NCBI GenBank assembly: GCA_013378385.1
Contig: JACAFS010000050.1
Location: 1 to 6,835 of the forward strand
DNA: 6,835 nucleotides
Direction of reading: 5' to 3'
From: Nitrososphaerota archaeon
GTDB taxonomy: Archaea > Thermoproteota > Nitrososphaeria > Nitrososphaerales > UBA57
A program made the position numbers and the translations under genes. The notes under the pieces are model-generated. The model ran no database searches. It was not told the origin of the DNA and saw only the letters and a program-made list of their open reading frames with translations. This document shows, in pieces, positions 1-5,544 of this stretch. How positions within the stretch are numbered: position 1 is the stretch's first letter; the number at the start of each line of letters is the position of its first letter.

Positions 1-1
1 A

Positions 2-604
2 AAAGATTACACAGATGTATCAAAGGGAGAGAAGAGAGGGTTCTACATCGTATCTTGTGAAAACAATAAGATAATTGAGGATGGAATAAAGTTTATTGAG
101 ATGAATAAGATAGAAGGTAAATTTATTGAGTTTGATGTTACTGGAAAGAGAGCAAAACAAGTTAATGAAGAGATAAATAAAAAACTAGAAGAGGTAGACG
201 TAGATAACAAATTAGTAGTAATAAGAATTTTTGGAGAATTACTTTCTGGAAATACATCAGACATAGACACCATTGCAATAAGAAAATTATTAACCGAAAA
301 GAATGCCATAGCGCCACAAATTAATCGTAATAAATTATCTACAAAAGAATTAAGGAAGATAAGAATATCGAGTGAAGATAAATTAGAAATAGAAGAAGAA
401 TTATTCAAAGAAAATATTATCAACATAAAGCCTGAAAGTCCCTCATTACAGAATGAAAAAGGAATAATCATAGCAAAAGAACTACTAAAAATATTAAAAG
501 AATCACCTAGAGATTCAAGTGGAAAGAATTCTACAACATTACAAAATAAGATAACAAAATCAAGTATAGAAATACTTGGAATATCGGATATAATGGAGGA
601 ATAG
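2..604 (+). CDS. mre11: Mre11 DNA double-strand-break repair nuclease, C-terminal part (5' end lies outside the window)
   Basis: The frame of ORF 101..604 stays open back to base 2 (KDYTDVSKGEKRGFYIVSCENNK...), so the Met at 101 is internal. The GFYIV segment followed by a charged helical tail matches the capping domain plus Rad50-binding tail layout of archaeal Mre11. The TAG stop at 602-604 sits 2 nt before the rad50 ATG. No nuclease motifs are visible because the N-terminus is missing, so the call rests on context and C-terminal resemblance. Confidence 0.65.
   Translation, partial: KDYTDVSKGEKRGFYIVSCENNKIIEDGIKFIEMNKIEGKFIEFDVTGKRAKQVNEEINKKLEEVDVDNKLVVIRIFGELLSGNTSDIDTIAIRKLLTEKNAIAPQINRNKLSTKELRKIRISSEDKLEIEEELFKENIINIKPESPSLQNEKGIIIAKELLKILKESPRDSSGKNSTTLQNKITKSSIEILGISDIMEE
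595..600 (+). promoter_or_regulatory. Shine-Dalgarno-like GGAGGA serving the rad50 start
   Basis: GGAGGA at 595-600 lies 6 nt upstream of ATG 607, inside the last codons of mre11. This is the pattern typical of internal genes in archaeal operons. Confidence 0.5.
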
Positions 605-606
605 GC

Positions 607-2610
607 ATGATTATCAAACAGTTGACGCTAGAAAATATTAGAAGTCATAAATCAACAGAAATAGAATTTGTGGAAGGAAAGACACTCATACGGGGCGATA
701 TAGGATCTGGAAAATCAAGTATTATGATGTCAATAGAAGCTGCATTATTTGGGAAGAAATTAAAGCAATTAATTAGAAAAGGTAAAGAAAATGGGAGAAT
801 TGAATTAACATTCGAGATTCAAGATGAAAATAGAAATATAAAAAAATATTCAGTAATTCGTAAATTATCAACAAATACACAGAAAGGAGGAGAAATAATT
901 TATCACAATGAAGGGAATAAAAAAGGAATCTATTCAGCGGATGAATTATCAATAGAAATTACGAGAATACTTGGAATAAATGAAACTGCTAAAGCACAAG
1001 AGATATTTCATGCATTTGTTCTTGCAAGACAGAATGAATTAAAGGAGTTAGTAGAAGGAAGTACAAAAAAAGACGAGGATACAAGAACAACAATTCTAAT
1101 GAAAGCATTCGAAATGGAGGCATATAAATTTGCAATAGACAATGCAGAAAAACTGATTAGAAAAATTAATGATGTAAAGATTAGAAAAGGTGGAGAAATA
1201 ACAGGTCTACCGGAAATAGAGAAAAAGATACTAGAGATATCAGAAGGAATCAAGAAGAAGAAAAATGATTTAGAGAAGACGATTGAATTAGTGAAAATTA
1301 AGAAAGAAAATTATGATTTGAAGAAAAGTGAATATGATAAAGTTAAAGAAGAAAGAACAAAAATTACCACAATAAATACATTAATTACAAGTAAAGAAAG
1401 AGAATTAATAGAAAAGAAAAAAGAGATATCGAGTAACGATAATAAGAAAAATGTCAATAAAACAAAGATAGAAGAAACAGGAAAGACAATTGAACAGATT
1501 ACAAAAGATATAGAAAATTTATCGACATTAGAAGAACTTAGAGATAACGAGAACAAAATAACAGATGAAATCACTCATTTAAAAATGGACTCATCTAGAA
1601 AGGGAGATGAAACAGAAAGATATGAAGGAATTCTTGAAGACGGAAAATGTAGTACTTGCGGAAGAGAAATCAGAGATATTTCAGGTTATAATGAGTTAAT
1701 TTCAACTGTAAATATGAAAAAAGGGGACATTGAGAATAAAATTAATACAAAAAATGATGAGAAGAAAGAAATTCAGAATACAATCAGAGAAACTACAGAA
1801 ATGAAGATATTAGAAGGGGATTTAGAAGAAATTAAGGAAATTGATAAAAAAAATAAAATACTGAATGAAAAAGTTTTAGGTTTAACTAATGAAATAAATG
1901 CACAGAAAATAGACTTGAAGAAATTACCAGATGAAAATGAATTAAAAAAGTCAGAAGATAAGTTAAAAACAGTAGAAGAAGAATACGACAAAGTTAAACA
2001 AGAAAGAACAGAAATTACGACACAGATCAATGGAAAAACAAACGAATTAAATGAGAATAATAAGAGTTTAGAGAAACTTAAGCAAAAAAGAATAGAAATG
2101 GAGAATTTAGATGATATTAATGAGTGGTTGAACAAGTATTTCATGACTACAGTTCAATTAATAGAAGATCATGTCCTCGATACAGTAAATTACAAATTTA
2201 ATGAATTATTCAAAGAATGGTTTGAATTACTGGTAGAAGATACTAGTAAAACGGTAAGAGTAGATGAGAAATTTAATCCAATTATTCAACAGAATGAATT
2301 TGAACAAACATTTGAATGGCTTTCAGGAGGAGAAAAAGCAGGAATTGCACTTGCCTACAGGTTGGCATTGAATAGTTTGATGAGACAGCAGCCAACAGGT
2401 TTTAGACCCGAATTATTAATGTTAGATGAGCCAACGGATGGGTTTAGTAAAGAACAACTTACAAAAGTTAGCAACATACTGTCAGACATCGAGAATAAAC
2501 AAGTAATCATAGTATCTCACAATCAAGAATTTGTAAAATTAGATCAGATAATCAGTGTAACAAAAGAAAACGACATATCAAGAATAGATATTCAATCTTA
2601 TGGAGATTGA
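607..2610 (+). CDS. rad50: Rad50 DNA double-strand-break repair ATPase (compact, 667 aa)
   Basis: All ATPase and hook motifs are present:
- Walker A GDIGSGKSS (694-720)
- Q-loop ARQNE (Q142)
- central zinc hook GKCSTCGRE (Cys codons 1648-1650 and 1657-1659)
- ABC signature LSGGEK (2320-2337)
- Walker B/D-loop LLMLDEPTDGFS (from 2413)
- H-loop VSHN
K/E-rich heptad-like coiled-coil sequence lies between the two ATPase halves. TGA stop at 2608-2610. Confidence 0.93.
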   Translation: MIIKQLTLENIRSHKSTEIEFVEGKTLIRGDIGSGKSSIMMSIEAALFGKKLKQLIRKGKENGRIELTFEIQDENRNIKKYSVIRKLSTNTQKGGEIIYHNEGNKKGIYSADELSIEITRILGINETAKAQEIFHAFVLARQNELKELVEGSTKKDEDTRTTILMKAFEMEAYKFAIDNAEKLIRKINDVKIRKGGEITGLPEIEKKILEISEGIKKKKNDLEKTIELVKIKKENYDLKKSEYDKVKEERTKITTINTLITSKERELIEKKKEISSNDNKKNVNKTKIEETGKTIEQITKDIENLSTLEELRDNENKITDEITHLKMDSSRKGDETERYEGILEDGKCSTCGREIRDISGYNELISTVNMKKGDIENKINTKNDEKKEIQNTIRETTEMKILEGDLEEIKEIDKKNKILNEKVLGLTNEINAQKIDLKKLPDENELKKSEDKLKTVEEEYDKVKQERTEITTQINGKTNELNENNKSLEKLKQKRIEMENLDDINEWLNKYFMTTVQLIEDHVLDTVNYKFNELFKEWFELLVEDTSKTVRVDEKFNPIIQQNEFEQTFEWLSGGEKAGIALAYRLALNSLMRQQPTGFRPELLMLDEPTDGFSKEQLTKVSNILSDIENKQVIIVSHNQEFVKLDQIISVTKENDISRIDIQSYGD

Positions 2611-2695
2611 TGCGGGAGGTGGGATTTGAACCCACGAACACCTAAGTGATAGGAGCCTAAATCCTACGCCTTTGACCGGGCTGGGCTACCCCCGC
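2611..2695 (-). tRNA. tRNA-Leu (anticodon UAG), class II, no encoded CCA
   Basis: The reverse complement folds as follows:
- acceptor GCGGGGG/CUCCCGC (one G-U pair)
- D arm GCC-CAGCCCGGUCAAA-GGC
- anticodon arm UAGGA-UUUAGGC-UCCUA (anticodon at 2657-2659, cta on the + strand)
- long variable arm with a CAC/GUG stem
- T arm GUGGG-UUCAAAU-CCCAC
- discriminator A
Total 85 nt. It forms a GC-rich island in AT-rich DNA. Confidence 0.9.
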
Positions 2696-2705
2696 ACTAT
2701 AACAG

Positions 2706-2716
2706 TTTATTTAATA
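2706..2716 (+). promoter_or_regulatory. Putative TATA box for the Kelch gene (leaderless transcript model)
   Basis: TTTATTTAATA is centred about 26 nt upstream of the TTG at 2737, the usual archaeal TATA-to-TSS spacing. No SD-like sequence lies in between. AT-rich background makes false positives likely. Confidence 0.3.
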
Positions 2717-2736
2717 CTACAAAGAATATATCTCAA

Positions 2737-3972
2737 TTGAGATACCTAATTTTACTACTAATTGTTGCGCTTTCTACATTTTATGTTGTAGAAATTTCAA
2801 ATTCATATGCAGAGAATGCTGAATGGTCTACAGAAGCCCTTATGCCAACAATAAGAACTGAACATACAGCAGCAATTATCGATGACAGGATATACGTCAT
2901 CGGGGGATTTGATCGTAATGGTGATGTAATAAAAAGAGTAGAAGTATATGACATAAGTAAGAATGAATGGATTGAAGTGGAACCAATGCCAGTTGCATTA
3001 CATCATGCGTCGGCTACTTCTTTTGAAGAGAAATTATATATCATCGGGGGATTTATTGATGGCTGGAATCCAACATCAAAGATGTATATTTATGATTCAA
3101 TAGAAGATTCATGGACAGAGGGAGATTCTATGCCAACTGCAAGAGGTGCATTAACAACACAGAGATACAACAATTATATTTTTGCAATTGGAGGAATGAC
3201 AAGTTTTGGTCCTACAACAATTAATGAGATGTATGACATAGAGAAAGGAACATGGATGGAAAAAGAAGCAATGCCCACTGCAAGAGAACATCTTGCATCA
3301 GGTATCGTTGGAGACAAGATTTTTGTTGTTGGAGGAAGAGTTCAATTTGGATCAAATTTGAATAACAATGAGATGTACAATATAAATGAAGATAAATGGG
3401 AAATAATGGAAGATATGATCTCAGAAAGAGGAGGGTTAGCGGCAACAGCAATAGAAGAAAGCATATTTGTATTTGGTGGGGAATCCAGAATTAGTACATT
3501 TAGTAATAATGAACAATTCAATTCAATAGATAGTATTTGGACAATTAGAGAACAAATGCCAACTGCTAGGCACGGATTAGTAGCTATTGCATATAATTTT
3601 TCAATATTTGTCATAGGGGGAGGAACAGAACCAGGATATAGTATGAGTGGAATAAATGAAGTATTTACACCCTCTGAGTTTAGAGAGATTGAGAATACAA
3701 GAGTGGAAGATATAGTTTCTGAAACAAATGTAAGTAATCAAATTAAGGTTGAAATTGTAGAAAATGAAGAAAATAATCAACCAGGCATAATAGCAGAGAT
3801 AGTGGATCCATTTGATTCATGTCAACTAGTAGACAGATGTCTATCTCCAAATGAACAGACGTCGTCTAGAATTATTTACTATGTATTCGTGATTATAATA
3901 ATAATTTTACTACTAGCAATAGGTTTTACTTTGATCTCATTATACAAATACAATAAACTGAAGAGAAAATAG
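2737..3972 (+). CDS. Secreted, C-terminally membrane-anchored Kelch-repeat (six-blade beta-propeller) protein, function unknown
   Basis: - TTG start followed by a signal-peptide-like N-terminus (MRYLILLLIVALSTFYVVEISNSYA|E).
- Six Kelch units, each with a hydrophobic-x-GG strand (IYVIGG, LYIIGG, IFAIGG, IFVVGG, IFVFGG, IFVIGG) and recurring MPTAR / xxYDxxxxxW elements.
- Acidic linker with a CQLVDRC cysteine pair.
- C-terminal hydrophobic helix IIYYVFVIIIIILLLAIGFTLISLY followed by a basic tail KYNKLKRK.
- TAG stop at 3970-3972. Confidence 0.85.
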   Translation: MRYLILLLIVALSTFYVVEISNSYAENAEWSTEALMPTIRTEHTAAIIDDRIYVIGGFDRNGDVIKRVEVYDISKNEWIEVEPMPVALHHASATSFEEKLYIIGGFIDGWNPTSKMYIYDSIEDSWTEGDSMPTARGALTTQRYNNYIFAIGGMTSFGPTTINEMYDIEKGTWMEKEAMPTAREHLASGIVGDKIFVVGGRVQFGSNLNNNEMYNINEDKWEIMEDMISERGGLAATAIEESIFVFGGESRISTFSNNEQFNSIDSIWTIREQMPTARHGLVAIAYNFSIFVIGGGTEPGYSMSGINEVFTPSEFREIENTRVEDIVSETNVSNQIKVEIVENEENNQPGIIAEIVDPFDSCQLVDRCLSPNEQTSSRIIYYVFVIIIIILLLAIGFTLISLYKYNKLKRK

Positions 3973-3980
3973 ATAAAAAT

Positions 3981-4382
3981 CTAGTAAAGAATTTCTTCAG
4001 GATCGAAATAATCATTTTTACGAGTAGATCTAGCTTTACCCAATGTTTTTAATTCTTTAAGAAAATTAGTACGAATATTAGATTTAATTTTATCAATTTG
4101 ATTATATTTAGTTGTAAAACAAGTTAACTCAAGAGTAATCTCGGATCCATGAAGATCGTGCAACAATACAATAGGACGAGGTTTAGATTCAACATAATTA
4201 GTAATAGTTGCAGATTGAATCAATGATTTTCTAATTTTATCAACATTATGGAAGCTACTTGTTCGATAATATAAAGTAATTAGATAATTTTTTCCTTGGG
4301 ATATAGAAATTTGATTAGAGAGTAATAGATTATTGGGTATAACAATTACATTTTGATTTTGATCAATCAATTTACTAAACAT
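3981..4382 (-). CDS. MscS-family channel, C-terminal cytoplasmic beta-domain fragment (133 aa from the first ATG after the second TAA)
   Basis: The sequence VIVIPNNLLLSNQISISQGKNYLITLYYRTS... matches the MscS (MS_channel) middle and C-terminal domain pattern. The ATG at 4382 is an internal Met of the ancestral gene and has no SD or TATA of its own. TAG stop at 3981-3983. Confidence 0.55.
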   Translation of the reverse strand: MFSKLIDQNQNVIVIPNNLLLSNQISISQGKNYLITLYYRTSSFHNVDKIRKSLIQSATITNYVESKPRPIVLLHDLHGSEITLELTCFTTKYNQIDKIKSNIRTNFLKELKTLGKARSTRKNDYFDPEEILY

Positions 4383-4496
4383 TAAACCAACATTTGATAA
4401 AATTCCAGATATTTCTTCTTTATTTATTGAAAGAAAATCACCTTGTTTAAACGGTTACCAAATAAAAATAATTAATACTGATAAGAGATTACCCAA

Positions 4497-5012
4497 TTAG
4501 TCTTTGGCAATAGCAAAAGTAATAATAATTGTAGACAAGACAAGAAGAATTATCAATAAATTATTTTCAACATCATATCCAAGTAAGCCAATGATTACCC
4601 AGAAAGAAACAAATCCTATAGACAATGTGGAAATTTTTTGTAAGATGCGCAAAGAGAATACGTCCATTTTTCTTTTAACAGATGAATCAGCTAATGATGA
4701 TTTAGCAATACGATTAAGAAGTATAGCAGATATAACTATAGTAAAAATTTGAAATGTTGATTTAATATATGTTATTTGAGTAGAAAAGAGATTAGCGTAT
4801 AGATAGATAATTAAATTGATGCCGAGGCTAATAACAAATAGAAAAATTGGAATACGTAATGGTATATTATCTTTAGTTTTAAAACGAAAGATAGTTTTTC
4901 GTGAATAATAATCAACAAAATAAGCTAGTATAAGAAAAAAAATGAAAATTAATCCTGGTAGAATTAAATTATCTGTAAAAAATAAAAATAAAGAATTAAC
5001 CACGTTTATCAT
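4497..5012 (-). CDS. MscS-family channel, N-terminal transmembrane fragment (171 aa, ends at the first in-frame TAA)
   Basis: Several hydrophobic helices are present (LILPGLIFIFFLILAYFV, IPIFLFVISLGINLIIYLYANLF, IFTIVISAILL, IGFVSFWVIIGLL, LLIILLVLSTIIITFAIA). A TATA-like ATATATTTA lies about 22-30 nt upstream of the ATG on the - strand. The fragment stops inside the conserved TM3 region, so on its own it would lack the pore-lining end. Confidence 0.6.
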   Translation of the reverse strand: MINVVNSLFLFFTDNLILPGLIFIFFLILAYFVDYYSRKTIFRFKTKDNIPLRIPIFLFVISLGINLIIYLYANLFSTQITYIKSTFQIFTIVISAILLNRIAKSSLADSSVKRKMDVFSLRILQKISTLSIGFVSFWVIIGLLGYDVENNLLIILLVLSTIIITFAIAKD

Positions 5013-5099
5013 ACAATGAATAAGTTAAAGTAAATATATGTTTAACTGATGAGAATTCACACACAAATAATAGAAATATTGGATAATATTTCGAAATAG

Positions 5100-5123
5100 A
5101 AAAAAGATAATAAAAAAATAACG
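5100..5123 (-). terminator. Oligo-T transcription terminator downstream of tRNA-Arg
   Basis: On the - strand, directly after the discriminator base, the sequence reads CGTTATTTTTTTATTATCTTTTTTC. It contains T7 and T6 runs (A7 at 5112-5118 and A6 at 5100-5105 on the + strand). Oligo-T tracts are the known archaeal termination signal. Confidence 0.5.
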
Positions 5124-5209
5124 CGGGCCCGGAGGGATTTGAACCCACGACCTCCGGCTTTCCTCAGAATAGAGGGCCGATGCTCTAATCCAAGCTGAGC
5201 TACGGGCCC
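5124..5209 (-). tRNA. tRNA-Arg (anticodon UCU) with a 10-nt intron at the canonical 37/38 position; no encoded CCA
   Basis: The reverse complement folds as follows:
- acceptor GGGCCCG/CGGGCCC (perfect)
- D arm GCUC-AGCUUGGAUUA-GAGC
- anticodon stem UCGGC/GCCGG (U27-G43)
- 17 nt between the anticodon stem halves instead of 7
- variable loop AGGUC
- T arm GUGGG-UUCAAAU-CCCUC
- discriminator G
Removing UUCUGAGGAA leaves the loop CCUCUAA, with anticodon UCU at 5171-5173. The gene is 86 nt and the spliced product is 76 nt. Confidence 0.8.
5160..5169 (-). other. Predicted tRNA intron (UUCUGAGGAA) within a relaxed bulge-helix-bulge/loop motif
   Basis: A 4-bp helix forms between C32-C33-U34-C35 and GAGG of the intron. 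A 3-nt AAA bulge on the 3' side places the splice site before A38. On the 5' side, U36-A37|U sits at the start of a 6-nt terminal loop. No inner helix is possible at this length. Confidence 0.6.
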
Positions 5210-5285
5210 ACATTTAGATTAAATTAATCAGATATAATTATTACAAAATGACTGTATATGGGTGAAAAATACACGATGAAAAGGG

Positions 5286-5295
5286 TTAATATAAT
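5286..5295 (+). promoter_or_regulatory. Putative TATA box for gar1 (leaderless model)
   Basis: TTAATATAAT is centred about 24-26 nt upstream of ATG 5314 and only about 18 nt from the alternative TTG at 5308. This favours 5314 as the start codon. AT-rich background applies. Confidence 0.35.
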
Positions 5296-5313
5296 CAACG
5301 ATATTACTTGAAC

Positions 5314-5535
5314 ATGGAACAAATAGGATTAGCTTTACATATTGCAAAAAGTGGAAGATTAATCATTCAGTGTAAATCTAAAAAAGTAAATGGAAAAAAT
5401 GTTTTTGATCAACGTGGAAATAAAATTGCAAAGGTTTCGGAAATAATTGGACCGGTAAAATCACCATACGTTTCGGCCATTCCTTTAAATGATAAAGTTA
5501 AAAGAGTTATAGGTAAGAAAGTATATATTAAATAA
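5314..5535 (+). CDS. gar1: H/ACA ribonucleoprotein complex subunit Gar1 (small archaeal form)
   Basis: MEQIGLALHIAKSGRLIIQ...NVFDQRGNKIAKVSEIIGPVKSPYVSAIPL...GKKVYIK follows the archaeal Gar1 pattern (LG-x-hH-x-a-x-G-x-lI ... V-x-D ... G-x-V-x-x-h-x-GPV-x-x-PY). Its size of about 73 aa is typical. The ORF track starts 2 codons earlier at TTG 5308, which is possible but less likely. TAA stop at 5533-5535. Confidence 0.85.
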   Translation: MEQIGLALHIAKSGRLIIQCKSKKVNGKNVFDQRGNKIAKVSEIIGPVKSPYVSAIPLNDKVKRVIGKKVYIK

Positions 5536-5544
5536 TTATATAAA

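Larger units (their letters stand above)
3981..5012 (-). pseudogene. MscS-family small-conductance mechanosensitive channel gene, single frame interrupted by two in-frame TAA codons
   Basis: ORFs 4497..5012 and 3981..4382 are in the same frame. Translating the 114-nt gap between them gives ...TFAIAKD*LGNLLSVLIIFIW*PFKQGDFLSINKEEISGILSNVGLMFSKLIDQNQNVIVIPNNLL... This is the contiguous MscS pore helix TM3, the PFxxGD motif and the IPN beta-domain core. The stops are at 4497-4499 and 4455-4457 (tta on the + strand). There are no frameshifts. An uninterrupted product would be about 343 aa. Confidence 0.75.

Noticed and set aside
43-2144. Antisense ORFs 43..471, 1008..1253, 1311..1574 and 1773..2144 (- strand) inside mre11/rad50.
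   Set aside because: They are the complements of K/E-rich AAR/GAR coding sequence. Their products are low-complexity S/F/L/I strings, and they overlap confidently assigned genes.
1-2610. The Mre11-like nuclease plus short Rad50/SMC-like ATPase read as an anti-phage or plasmid-restriction module.
   Set aside because: The protein has the full canonical Rad50 motif set, including the CxxC zinc hook, and is translationally coupled to an Mre11-type C-terminus. The flanks are housekeeping genes (tRNAs, gar1, tfb). There are no accessory defence genes, mobile-element markers or compositional break.
3221-3614. Antisense ORFs 3221..3451 and 3342..3614 inside the Kelch gene.
   Set aside because: They have no recognisable motifs or start context and lie entirely within a well-supported repeat-domain CDS on the opposite strand.
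4455-4499. Possibility that TAA is a sense or recoded codon in this organism, which would make the MscS gene intact.
   Set aside because: gar1 (5533-5535) and tfb (6460-6462) both end at TAA exactly where homologous proteins end, and TAA recurs within a few codons downstream of tfb. Genome-wide reassignment is therefore not supported. Local readthrough cannot be excluded from sequence alone.
4504-4752. + strand ORF of 82 aa opposite the MscS N-terminal fragment.
   Set aside because: It overlaps the transmembrane-coding region of the MscS frame and has no domain resemblance.
5047-5052. TGATGA as a C box of a C/D box sRNA in the 111-nt intergenic region.
   Set aside because: No CUGA D or D' box, and no second C' box, occurs at the appropriate spacing on either strand.
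5124-5209. Reading the enlarged anticodon region as C-U-CUA-U-U, a CUA (amber suppressor, Pyl-like) anticodon.
   Set aside because: That register needs a 3' stem half that is not present. The intron model gives a canonical 5-bp stem, a correct 76-nt mature length and a proper bulge-helix geometry with anticodon UCU.
5025-5213. - strand ORF of 62 aa (MWARSSAWIRASALYSEE...).
   Set aside because: It is read straight through the tRNA-Arg gene and its terminator. The GC-rich tRNA simply lacks stop codons.
5258-5311. A 17-codon ORF (MGEKYTMKRVNIIND IT) in the tRNA-Arg/gar1 intergenic region.
   Set aside because: It is too short and lacks supporting signals. The region is better explained as two divergent promoters.
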